Shown here: positions 10,648 to 19,144 of the stretch, one piece after another | Numbering within the stretch: position 1 is the stretch's first letter | Layout: the number at the start of each line of letters is the position of its first letter | NCBI GenBank assembly: GCA_963815115.1 | Contig: CAWFFN010000012.1 | Span: 736,001-800,000, forward strand | Reading direction: 5' to 3' | Origin: an uncultured delta proteobacterium | Lineage (GTDB): Bacteria > Desulfobacterota > Binatia > DP-6 | DNA: 64,000 bases | Notes under the pieces: generated by a model | The model's database searches: none | What the model was told of the DNA's origin: nothing | Seen by the model: only the letters and a program-made list of their open reading frames with translations | Program-made: the position numbers and the translations under genes

Positions 10648-12150
10648 TCATTGCGGTGGAGCAGTGCGGGGGTCGAACGTTGGCGGAGCGCCGGGGTCGT
10701 ACGTTGGCTCAGTGCCGGGGTAGCCTGATGGAGGCTGGTTGGCATCGAAGGGAGGATTCGGGTTGAGGAGGACGCCCGGGATACGCGGGCGCGTCACCTC
10801 GGCCGGCTCCCACTTGGTCTTCATCTCGTCCCAGGTGAGCGGGCCGCGATCTGCCGGTGTGGCCAGCTCCGTGCCCGGCGGGAGCGGGGCCACCAGGTGC
10901 GGCGTCACGATGACCATCAGCTCGGTCATCGAGTCGCTGTAAGTCGTGTCCCGGAAGACGTAGCCGATGGCGGGGATGTTCATCAGGTAGGGGATGCCGC
11001 GCACGCTCTCGGTCCGATCGTTCTGCAGGAGGCCTCCGACGACGAGGGTCTCACCGTTGCGCAGCCTGGCGCTGGTGGACGCCCGGCGGGTGACGAAGCT
11101 CGGGACCCCCTCGACCTCGTTCGTGAAGTCGGGCCGGCTCACCTCCGGGGTGACGGTCAGGATGATGTCGCCCTCGTCGGTGAGACGCGGCACGAAGTTG
11201 ACCAGGGTGCCGAAAGGCTTGAACTGAACGTCTGCGGCGAAGCCCGACACGATCCGGATCGGGATCTCGCCGCCTACCTGGAAGACGGCGTTCTGCCCGC
11301 TCATGGCCAGGATCTTGGGTTGGGCGAGCACGGTCGCCAGCCCCTCGCTCTGCAGCAGCTTGATGAAGGCCGTGAGATCCGTCTTCGGCAGTTGGAAGAC
11401 ATACTGCGGCGCGGTGCTGTTGAGGTTGAGAGGCAGGAGCGGCTGGGTGATCTGCGGTGGAACGGTCTGGCCCAGGATCGGGGCGGCGCCGCCGCCCAGG
11501 AAGAAGGCGGTCACGAACGTGGTCCCGATCCTCCGGAAGTCGATGCCGTGCTCTTCCATCGCCGTCCGGTTGAGCTCGGCCACCGTGACCTCGAGCATCA
11601 CCTGCTGGGTCGAGAAGTCGGCGACGAAGAGGCTGTGGACCTGGGGCTGGCCGGCGCCCGATTCCCACACCGTGAGGGTCGTCTCGCCGTAGTACGGTTC
11701 CGGCGTGAACGTCTTGTTGGACACCGTGGCCAAGCGCAGCGCCGTGACCATGGGACCTTCCTGGCCTCCCTCGCGCTTCGGCAGCTGCTTTGCGTTGACC
11801 ATGATCGTGCGGGGACCGAGCACGACGACGCCCGCGATGTCGGGGTTCCCGATCGATACGCGTTGCACGGGACTCCGGAACTGGATGATCCGGCTCTTCC
11901 CGCTCCGGATCCAGAGTGGATCTCCCGGGCCGAGCATGGTCTCGGCGGGAGCTGGCCTGGGCTCGTATCCGGGCGGCACCCTCTGTGCCTCGACGCCGTC
12001 GGTCACCGCATGACCCGCGGTCCATTCGATGAGCCTCTTCTCGAACCCCGGGTGAGGCTGGGGCGGCGCCGGCGTGATGGCGCAGGCCCAGAGCAGCGTG
12101 ACCCCGACGAGTGCACCCGTGCGGGTGACTTGCCGACGGAGCACATCCAT
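10648..12150 (-). CDS. cpaC: Tad/Flp pilus secretin CpaC/RcpA
   Basis: N-terminal RVSIGNPDIA (T2SS-T3SS_pil_N-like); QVMLEVTVAELNR, VLAQPKILAMSGQNAVFQVGGEIPI, LRNGETLVVGGLL, TELMVIVTPHLV secretin motifs; lies in a Tad locus. Confidence 0.92.
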   Translation of the reverse strand: MDVLRRQVTRTGALVGVTLLWACAITPAPPQPHPGFEKRLIEWTAGHAVTDGVEAQRVPPGYEPRPAPAETMLGPGDPLWIRSGKSRIIQFRSPVQRVSIGNPDIAGVVVLGPRTIMVNAKQLPKREGGQEGPMVTALRLATVSNKTFTPEPYYGETTLTVWESGAGQPQVHSLFVADFSTQQVMLEVTVAELNRTAMEEHGIDFRRIGTTFVTAFFLGGGAAPILGQTVPPQITQPLLPLNLNSTAPQYVFQLPKTDLTAFIKLLQSEGLATVLAQPKILAMSGQNAVFQVGGEIPIRIVSGFAADVQFKPFGTLVNFVPRLTDEGDIILTVTPEVSRPDFTNEVEGVPSFVTRRASTSARLRNGETLVVGGLLQNDRTESVRGIPYLMNIPAIGYVFRDTTYSDSMTELMVIVTPHLVAPLPPGTELATPADRGPLTWDEMKTKWEPAEVTRPRIPGVLLNPNPPFDANQPPSGYPGTEPTYDPGAPPTFDPRTAPPQ

Positions 12151-12248
12151 CCCATTCCCCTCCTCACCCCGTGTCCGTGGACGACAGGGTTTCTAACCCG
12201 CGGCGTCGGCTGGCTATGACCTCCGGGCCCGATCCGTCCCAGCGCCGA

Positions 12249-13091
12249 TCAGAAGAGCTCCTGTCGCGTCACCTGGTCCCCGAGCAGCACTTCCACCGAG
12301 TACCTGGGGCGCCGCCTCGGCGGGCTCGGCGCTGGTGCCCGCGGCGGCGCCGCCGGAGGGGCGACCGTGCGCGCCGGGCTCTCGAAGAGGGCGGCCGTCG
12401 AGAGACCGGGCGTGCCCACCACCTGATCGTCGCTGTAGTTCCGGAGTGCGAGTCGCACCGGCTCGTAGCGCGTCGCGAGCGTGAGCTTCTCGGCGTCTGC
12501 GGGCGAGACGAGCAAGGTGACGGTGGGGACCTCGACCGGCTTCTCCTGGGTTTGCGTGATGCTCTTCCCGATCGCGAGCACGCGAATACCCTGCAGGATC
12601 AGTTTGCTCCGCTGCCCCTGGTTGCCCTCGGCATCGGCGGCGCCGGCGACGAGCACATCCACCCGGCTGTTCGGTGTGATGAAGCCGCTGACGCCGGTGA
12701 CGTCGTCGACCCGCACCGACATCGCCCGCATGCCGTCCGGGATCATCAGGGGCAGTACCTCCGCGCCCTGACCCAGCAGCTGTGACTGGCTGAGGGGCTG
12801 ATTCTTCTCGATCGTGACCCGCGCGACCGAATTGACGACGGTTTTCGGATCGGTGATCGCCCCGTCCGGCACGATCTTTTCGGGCCATGCGGCGACCTTC
12901 ACCTGCTGCTCCCCGATACGGGACCCGACGGGAATGGTGTCGCTCGCAACGACGACGTCGACGGTGGCGGGTGCGGCCTGGTGCGTCGACTCGATCTCGC
13001 TGCGCAGAGCACGCAGTTGTCGGTAGACCAGTGCGGAGACGAGAGCGCCGATGACGATCGCCAGCAGCAGCAGGTTCCCGGGTTTCCGCAT
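12249..13091 (-). CDS. cpaB: Flp pilus assembly protein CpaB/RcpC
   Basis: N-terminal TM, SAF domain (VVVASDTIPVG), GMRAMSVRVDDVTGVSGFITPNSRVDVL, VTLLVSPADAEKL. Confidence 0.93.
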   Translation of the reverse strand: MRKPGNLLLLAIVIGALVSALVYRQLRALRSEIESTHQAAPATVDVVVASDTIPVGSRIGEQQVKVAAWPEKIVPDGAITDPKTVVNSVARVTIEKNQPLSQSQLLGQGAEVLPLMIPDGMRAMSVRVDDVTGVSGFITPNSRVDVLVAGAADAEGNQGQRSKLILQGIRVLAIGKSITQTQEKPVEVPTVTLLVSPADAEKLTLATRYEPVRLALRNYSDDQVVGTPGLSTAALFESPARTVAPPAAPPRAPAPSPPRRRPRYSVEVLLGDQVTRQELF

Positions 13092-13282
13092 CACCTACTC
13101 CTCGCGAGATCACCTGCCGCCGCCCTCGACGCGTCCGAGTCGAGCGAACGATCGCGGCGTGCGTGCTGCCTCTTCGCGATCAGGCGTCCTTCGGCGATCA
13201 CCATGGGCGGCCGATGTCCGCGTAGAAAACTGGCTCCGGCTAACACGACGCCATCGGGGACGCAATCGACGACCCGCACGGC

Positions 13283-13546
13283 CTACCTCCTGCGGACCCG
13301 CTCGCTGCGCTCGCAGCGGTAGCGGAGGAGCGGACCGAGGACGGTCGATGATTGGCCGCCCTGCTTCTTCGACGTTTCCACCGCCAGGTCATTGGCCTCC
13401 TGTCGCCGGCCCTCCTCGCAGAGCCACGCGGTGTCGTACTCGCGCATCTTCTTCCAGTCCGCCAGGGGCGGATTGGCGAGGTCCGGCGTCCGGTTGAAGA
13501 GGAGCATCCAGCCCCCGAGCAGGATGACGGTACCGGTGGCCCGCAT
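13283..13546 (-). CDS. Small hypothetical protein (87 aa) inside the exeAB-cpaBC run
   Basis: MRATGTVILLGGWMLLFNRTPDLANPPLADWKKMREYDTAWLCEEGR...RYRCER; hydrophobic N-terminus, two Cys, co-oriented with neighbours. Confidence 0.6.
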   Translation of the reverse strand: MRATGTVILLGGWMLLFNRTPDLANPPLADWKKMREYDTAWLCEEGRRQEANDLAVETSKKQGGQSSTVLGPLLRYRCERSERVRRR

Positions 13547-13587
13547 CACGCCGCGGCGCGGAGGAGCATGTGGGGCCGGAGGCGGGA

Positions 13588-14253
13588 TCAGGGCTCGACC
13601 TCGACCGCGAACACGTCCGGTCCATGCCGAACGTAGACGGCCTCGCGCAGGATGAGCTGCACCTCGACCCCGCTCGCGGATTCGCCCTGGCGCAAGGTCA
13701 CTGCTGGCGCTCCGCCGATCGTGAGGGTTGCGGTCCGCTTCTCGGGGAGCGTTGCAAAGCCGATCGATCGCACGCGTACGGCGGGCTCGCTCTCGGCTAC
13801 CGGGGACGGGACGCCCGGAGCAACGGCGACGGCGCCGGCCGCCGGACCGGCAGCAGCCGCCTCGGGCGCAGCCGCCGGAGCCGATCCCGTGACCGTCGCT
13901 CCCGCAGCGACACCCGGTGAGGCGACTACGGGCGGGACGACCGGCCGTCGGCGCTCGACCCGTGCTCGCGGGGGCTCGCTGCTTCCGCCAACCGGAACGC
14001 TCGCGGGCCCGGCGGCCTGCTCGCGTGTCGACACCGCTCCCCGGGGAGACGCAGGTGGGTCGAGCCGCGCAGGCACGGGCGTGTCGAATGCCCGACGAGC
14101 CAGCAGCGCACCCGCCGCGACCACCATCCCGACACCGAGGATGGCCCACCGACGCAGCCGCCACCCGTGGCGGTCCCGCCAGGTGATCAAGTTCCCACCG
14201 GCTGCGGCGAGCCGCGGCTCCCGAGCCTGCAGGGCCTCCAGGATCGTGCTCAC
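13588..14253 (-). CDS. gspB: ExeB/GspB-like protein
   Basis: N-terminal MSTILEALQ resembles GspB MSYILDALK; one TM, Pro/Ala linker, C-terminal beta domain (ATLTIGG..LRQGE). Start overlaps the exeA stop. Confidence 0.7.
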   Translation of the reverse strand: MSTILEALQAREPRLAAAGGNLITWRDRHGWRLRRWAILGVGMVVAAGALLARRAFDTPVPARLDPPASPRGAVSTREQAAGPASVPVGGSSEPPRARVERRRPVVPPVVASPGVAAGATVTGSAPAAAPEAAAAGPAAGAVAVAPGVPSPVAESEPAVRVRSIGFATLPEKRTATLTIGGAPAVTLRQGESASGVEVQLILREAVYVRHGPDVFAVEVEP

Positions 14254-15956
14254 GACGCTGCGCCCGCCGGGATCATCAGTGCCGGCCGGCGGTACGCATC
14301 ACCACCTCCGGCGTACAGAACGATGCGTGTGATGGGTCCGACGAGCCCGTCGGCGTCGAGCTGGTGCCTGCGCTGGAACTCCACGACGGCCTTTGCGGTG
14401 GCGGAATCAAACGTCCCCGTGGGCGCCAGGCCGTCCGTCCCGACCCGACGCAGAAGCGCCTGTAAGTGCGCCACGGCGGCGCCGCGCACCCCGGGACGCA
14501 GCGTGGGGCCGAGCGCGTCGAAGTCCTTCCAGAGGATGTGCGCCTGGCCCGTCCAGAGGGGCTCCAGGAGGACCGTGTCGGCGGTGATGGACATCCCCTC
14601 GATCGAGAGCACCATCCAGGAGTCGTCGATTCCCGTGATGGCGGCCCAGCAGGGGACGGTGGCGCCGGGAGGGCGCAGCTCGAGCAGCGCGGGAAGATCG
14701 AGCAGGCGCAGCATGCTGCGGTTGGCCGTGAGCTGCAGCTCCTCGAGGCCGCGTCGCCAGGCGACGGACTCGAGATCTTCGGGGAGGCGAGCCTCGCCTT
14801 CGACCAGGGGACGCGCTCCCCATACGGTGAGGAGGGTCGCGGTCGCCGCGCGGGCGGTGGCCTGCGTATCGCGGCCGGCGAGAAGGCGTCCCAGCTCGGC
14901 GGCTGAGGTGATCGGGGCGGGGACGTCCGCAGGCGGCGCGGCAGCCGGCCCGGTAGACGGGGTGGAATCCGTGGGCCCGCTGGTCGCGTCGGCTGTGGGC
15001 GAAGGGCCGGATGGGGTCGCCAGGGACGGGGGAACGCGGAACAACCGATCGACCTCCGGCGCGCCGACCGCGACGAGCGACGCGCCGATCGCGAGGCCAC
15101 AACCGGCGAGTGCCGCCCTTCGCGCCAGGGTCAGCGTCCCCGGCAGGGGAACGGCCTGGATCTCCCGATAGGCTCGTGCGACGATGCGACGGCTCACGCG
15201 TGGCTCTCGCGCGACGAACGCCGCCAGCAACGCCCGGTGTGCAATCATGTTGATGAGGCGTGGAACTCCCCCCGAGACTCCATGCAGGAGGCGCAGCGCC
15301 GGACGCGTGAACAGGCGTCTCGCGCGACCGCCGCTGGCAACTGCGAGCCGATGGTGGACGTAGGCGCGCGTTTCCCGGGATGAGAGCGGCCCGAGGTGCC
15401 AGCGCAGCGTGATGCGTTGATTCAGCTGCGCCAGCTCCGGGTCGAGGAGGAGCCTGCGCAGCTGCGGCTGCCCAACCAGCACGACGCGCAAGAGCTTGCG
15501 GGTCTCGGTCTCGAGGTTCAGGAGCAGCCGGATCTGCTCCAGCAGCTCGATCGAGAGCGCCTGGGCTTCATCCAGTACGACGACGCACGACCGTCCCAGC
15601 GCGCTCTGTTCGATCAGGTAGGCATGGAGCCCATCGACGAGATCGGTCTGACTGTCTCCTGCCGGGGTGACTCTGAACTCGCGGCAGACCCTGCGCAGGA
15701 GATCGAGCGCCGACAGCGGTGGTGTGAGGGCGTAGGCGGCGGTGATCTCGGGGCCGAGCTCGGCCAGGAAGACCCGCAGCAGGGTCGTCTTGCCCGTGCC
15801 CACATCTCCGGTGATGCAGACGAAACCGCTCGATTCCGTGAGCCCGAGCCGCAGGTGGGCGAGCGCCTCGGCGTGCTTGGCTGACAGAAACAGGTAGCGT
15901 GTATCGGGCGTCAGTCGAAACGGCTCGTCATCCAGCCCGAAGAACTGCTCGTACAA
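14250..15956 (-). CDS. exeA: ExeA/GspA-type AAA ATPase with C-terminal peptidoglycan-binding domain
   Basis: TTG start after GGAGG; YEQFFGLDDEPFRLTPD, GDVGTGKTT, VVLDEAQ, LVGQPQL, QLNQRI, SGGVPRLIN; C-terminal PG_binding_1 (AVVEFQRRHQLDADGLVGP). Confidence 0.9.
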   Translation of the reverse strand: MYEQFFGLDDEPFRLTPDTRYLFLSAKHAEALAHLRLGLTESSGFVCITGDVGTGKTTLLRVFLAELGPEITAAYALTPPLSALDLLRRVCREFRVTPAGDSQTDLVDGLHAYLIEQSALGRSCVVVLDEAQALSIELLEQIRLLLNLETETRKLLRVVLVGQPQLRRLLLDPELAQLNQRITLRWHLGPLSSRETRAYVHHRLAVASGGRARRLFTRPALRLLHGVSGGVPRLINMIAHRALLAAFVAREPRVSRRIVARAYREIQAVPLPGTLTLARRAALAGCGLAIGASLVAVGAPEVDRLFRVPPSLATPSGPSPTADATSGPTDSTPSTGPAAAPPADVPAPITSAAELGRLLAGRDTQATARAATATLLTVWGARPLVEGEARLPEDLESVAWRRGLEELQLTANRSMLRLLDLPALLELRPPGATVPCWAAITGIDDSWMVLSIEGMSITADTVLLEPLWTGQAHILWKDFDALGPTLRPGVRGAAVAHLQALLRRVGTDGLAPTGTFDSATAKAVVEFQRRHQLDADGLVGPITRIVLYAGGGDAYRRPALMIPAGAAS

Positions 15957-16440
15957 CCCCACCCCTCCGCTACGAACCCCAAGAGACAGTAGCAGTCTTT
16001 CCTGTAGCGATCCACGCCCTCGAGGAAAAAACACGGCGTTTCCTGCCTGACAGCCAGCCACGCCAGCCGCCATTCCATCGTGGAACCGGACCCGAGCACG
16101 ATTCTGACGCGCGTCCGCGCGGCACAGCCCCGGGCGAAGCTTGCAAGCCAGATCCGCGAGGGATCGCCAATCGTGAACGAGTGCAGACGGGGAACTCCGC
16201 AATCGTTGGCGCCTTGAACGCTGCCTGGTGGGGATCACCCGAGATGGGATTCGGGTTTTCCCGTACTCAAAACTCGCCGTCAGATCGAAGGCTTGCCCTT
16301 CAGACCAGGTGGGCATGGATCGCCTGGAACAACGACACAGCCGACCCCAGGCACGCGTCTCTCAACCAACTACCCAGGAACAGGGGCTTCGCTCGGCGCA
16401 AGGCCCTGTCTCTAGAAATCCCGACAGAAGGAGTCCCGGA

Positions 16441-16611
16441 ATGAGTTTCATCAAGAGGCTGCTCGCCGACGACTCGGCCCAGGACCTCGCCGAGTACGGC
16501 ATCGCGCTCGCGGTGATCGCCGTCGGCGCCGGCGTCATCGCCGTCGCCATCGCCGGCAACGTCAACACCCTCTGGCAGAACGCCCAGACCGCGATCGCCG
16601 CTGCGGTGTGA
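16441..16611 (+). CDS. flp: Flp/Fap type IVb pilin (copy 1)
   Basis: MSFIKRLLADDSAQDLAEYGIALAVIAVG...; Flp xxxxEY motif and hydrophobic helix; AAGGAG RBS. Confidence 0.92.
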   Translation: MSFIKRLLADDSAQDLAEYGIALAVIAVGAGVIAVAIAGNVNTLWQNAQTAIAAAV

Positions 16612-16655
16612 CCCGACCGAAGAGAACGCAGGGGAAACCCGGAAAGGAGAAGCAC

Positions 16656-16829
16656 ATGCGGAACCTGATCAAGAAGCTGGTTGCCGATGAGAGCGGACAG
16701 GACCTCGCCGAGTACGGCATCGCGCTCGCGGTGATCGCGGTCGGTGCCGGCGCCATCGCCGTCGCCATCGCCGGCAACGTCAAGACCCTTTGGACGAACG
16801 CCCAGACTGCAATCGCAGCGGCGGTCTGA
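16656..16829 (+). CDS. flp: Flp/Fap type IVb pilin (copy 2)
   Basis: MRNLIKKLVADESG|QDLAEYGIALAVIAVG; AAGGAG RBS. Confidence 0.95.
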   Translation: MRNLIKKLVADESGQDLAEYGIALAVIAVGAGAIAVAIAGNVKTLWTNAQTAIAAAV

Positions 16830-16926
16830 CTGAGAGAAACGGACAGGTCGCCGTGCGTCGTGCCCTCATCGGGCAAACGCTGGCACCCCAACAGCCCCGG
16901 GGAAACCGGGAAAAAAAGGAAGAGCC

Positions 16927-17100
16927 ATGCAGAACCTGATCAAGAAGCTGGTTGCCGATGAGAGTGGGCAGGACCTCGCCGAGTACGGCATCGCGCTGGC
17001 GGTCATCGCCGTGGGCGCCGGCGTCATCGCCGTTGCCATCGCCGGCAACGTCAAGACCCTCTGGACGAATGCCCAGACCGCGATCGCAGCTGCGGTGTAG
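16927..17100 (+). CDS. flp: Flp/Fap type IVb pilin (copy 3; below the ORF track length cutoff)
   Basis: Read directly from sequence: MQNLIKKLVADESG|QDLAEYGIALAVIAVGAGVIAVAIAGNVKTLWTNAQTAIAAAV-TAG. Confidence 0.95.
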   Translation: MQNLIKKLVADESGQDLAEYGIALAVIAVGAGVIAVAIAGNVKTLWTNAQTAIAAAV

Positions 17101-17130
17101 GGCCGGGGCAACCGATCAAACACGAACCGT

Positions 17131-17166
17131 CGGGAGAGGGGGCGGAATCCCCGCTCCCCTCTCCCG
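17131..17166 (+). terminator. GC-rich stem-loop between flp3 and cpaA (attenuator or mRNA stabiliser)
   Basis: CGGGAGAGGGG-GCGG...CCGC-T-CCCCTCTCCCG inverted repeat; no clear U-tract. Confidence 0.55.
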
Positions 17167-17184
17167 GCAAAACACCCATCGAGC

Positions 17185-17718
17185 ATGATCCCTTCCCCCA
17201 CGATCGCCGCCACGCTCGCCTTCGTCGCACTCTGCGTCGCGACCGATGTGCGGAGCCGGCGCATCCCGAACCTGGTCTCCGGGATCGGCATGCTGGCCGG
17301 CCTGATGCTCAACGTCTTCTACTTCGGCGGCGACGGCCTGGTCGCCAGTGCGGGTGGCCTTTTCGCCACGGTCGCGCTGCTCCTGTTCCCGTTCGCCATG
17401 GGCGGCATCGGCGGAGGCGACGTGAAGATGATGGGCGCGATCGGCGCGCTCCTGGGCTTGCACGTCGGCCTTGTCGCGCTGCTCGTCGGGCTCGCGTTCG
17501 GTGGGGTCATCATGGCCATCCACCTCGCGCGTCGGCGCCGCCTGGGACGGACGGTGCTGACCGTCGGCACCATGGCGTCGGCGAGCGTCCTCACCGGCTC
17601 GCTCGAGCCGCTGCGACTCTCGGCCGCGCAGCCGGACGCGATCAGCCTGCCCTACAGCGTGCCGCTCGGCCTCGGGACGATCGTGGCGCTGGCCATGTCG
17701 GGGAGCCTCGGGCTGTGA
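17185..17718 (+). CDS. cpaA: Prepilin peptidase CpaA/TadV (A24 family)
   Basis: TDVRSRRIPN and GGIGGGDVKMM catalytic Asp motifs, C-terminal LPYSVPL; multi-TM; no PilD methyltransferase domain. Confidence 0.93.
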   Translation: MIPSPTIAATLAFVALCVATDVRSRRIPNLVSGIGMLAGLMLNVFYFGGDGLVASAGGLFATVALLLFPFAMGGIGGGDVKMMGAIGALLGLHVGLVALLVGLAFGGVIMAIHLARRRRLGRTVLTVGTMASASVLTGSLEPLRLSAAQPDAISLPYSVPLGLGTIVALAMSGSLGL

Positions 17719-18131
17719 CGACGCGTCCGGAACGACGGGGACAGTGCGGCCAGGCCATGGTGGAGACGGCCATCGTGGTCGTGCTCTTCGTCACGCTGGT
17801 CATGTGCGCGCTCGAGTTCGGCCGCGCCTGGATGGTCGCCAACATGATCACCCACGCCGCGCGGGACGGGGCTCGCATCGCGGCCGTCGTGCCAGCCACG
17901 GGCCGGAGCTCGAGCGGGGTCATCTCGAGCACGTCGTCGATCCAGAGCCAGGTGCTGACCGACATCCAGAACGTCGTGCCCACGACCGGCCTCACCGTCA
18001 ACGTCACCCAGCCGACGGTCAGCGGCATCCCGATGGTGCAGGTTCAGGTCAGCGGCACCGTTCCCTACCTGTTCTACAACTCGAACATATCGGTCTCCCG
18101 CACGGTCACCTTCCGCGACGAGGGCCGATGA
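17715..18131 (+). CDS. tadE: TadE-like pseudopilin
   Basis: GQAMVETAIVVVLFVTLVMCALEFGRAW...AARDGARIAAV. Confidence 0.9.
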   Translation: MTTRPERRGQCGQAMVETAIVVVLFVTLVMCALEFGRAWMVANMITHAARDGARIAAVVPATGRSSSGVISSTSSIQSQVLTDIQNVVPTTGLTVNVTQPTVSGIPMVQVQVSGTVPYLFYNSNISVSRTVTFRDEGR

Positions 18132-19120
18132 TGTTCCGCGCTGATTCGCCGAGAGGAACACACCGAGTGACACACACGAGAGCACGGACGTCGATGCGAG
18201 GGGGACGAAAGGACGAGCGGGGCGTGGCCGTGGTGGCCCTCGCCCTCTCGATGACCGCGCTCTTCGGGCTCGCCGCGGTCGCGGTCGACGTCGGGCGGAT
18301 CGCACACACCGCCACCGAGGTGCAGACCGTGGCGGACATCGCAGCGACGGCCGGCGCAACGAACCTGCTGAAGGGCGGCACTGCGGCCAGCGCGCGGACG
18401 GACGCGCAGTCGGTGGTGGCGCAGAACAAGGTCGCGGGATCGGCGGCCACGATCCAGTCGGCCAACATCGAGGTGGGCCAGTACAATCCGCAGACCAACG
18501 CCTTCACCAACGGCGCCACGCCGCCGAACGCGGTGCGCGCGACCCCGAGCCAGACCGTAGCGAACCTGTTCGCGGGATTCTTCGGCTCGAGCTTCGCGAA
18601 CACGACGATCACCAAGACGGCAACGGCGGGATTCGTCGGGCTCGGCCAGGCCGCGCCCACACTGCCACTCGCGATCGGCGCCTGCAACTTCCAGGCGCTA
18701 CAGTCCTGCTTCGCCAGCTCGAACTGCCTTCCCAGATTTACCCAGGCCCCCAACGGCACCGACAACACCGGCTGGATCAAAACCGGCGACTTCCTCCCCA
18801 CGGCCTGCGGCGGCAGCCCGACCACGGTGAACATCGGCGACTCGCTCCCGCTCCAGAACGGCCAGACGAGCGGTCTGAAGGACATCAGCGACTGCTTCCA
18901 GCAGGGGACCACCGAGTACACGGTTCCGATCGTGGACGGGCCGTGCGACGGAAACTTCAACCATTCGCGCACGGTGGTGGGCTTCGCGACGGTCGTCGTG
19001 ACGGCCGTGAAGGCCACCGGCAGCAACAAGGGCATCGATCTCGGCGCGATCTTCAAGCAGGTCTCGGGGCCGGCAGGCGGCGGCGCCTACGGAACCGGGC
19101 AGATGCGAATGTTCAACTGA
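18128..19120 (+). CDS. tadG: TadG-like pilus assembly protein (Tad N-terminal domain)
   Basis: ERGVAVVALAL..LFGLAAVAVDVGR...EVQTVADIAATAGA; ATGA overlap with tadE (alternative start 18194). Confidence 0.8.
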   Translation: MMFRADSPRGTHRVTHTRARTSMRGGRKDERGVAVVALALSMTALFGLAAVAVDVGRIAHTATEVQTVADIAATAGATNLLKGGTAASARTDAQSVVAQNKVAGSAATIQSANIEVGQYNPQTNAFTNGATPPNAVRATPSQTVANLFAGFFGSSFANTTITKTATAGFVGLGQAAPTLPLAIGACNFQALQSCFASSNCLPRFTQAPNGTDNTGWIKTGDFLPTACGGSPTTVNIGDSLPLQNGQTSGLKDISDCFQQGTTEYTVPIVDGPCDGNFNHSRTVVGFATVVVTAVKATGSNKGIDLGAIFKQVSGPAGGGAYGTGQMRMFN

Positions 19121-19144
19121 GCCCAGGAGGAGAGAACAGCGAGT

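Noticed and set aside
13091-13279. 62-aa ORF upstream of cpaB
   Set aside because: No recognisable motif or RBS and atypical composition; more likely intergenic or promoter DNA.
16207-16222. Sigma-54-like TGGCGC-N5-ACGCT upstream of flp1
   Set aside because: Poor -12 box; GG-N10-GC occurs frequently at this GC content.
15957-16926. Searched for a GEMM-I (c-di-GMP/cGAMP) riboswitch ahead of the pilin genes; GGGCAAAC at about 16871
   Set aside because: The GAAA-tetraloop P2 stem followed by GACGCAAAG is absent, so no riboswitch is supportable by eye.
16441-17100. Repeated DNA units that could be mistaken for a CRISPR or repeat array
   Set aside because: They are three paralogous flp coding sequences.
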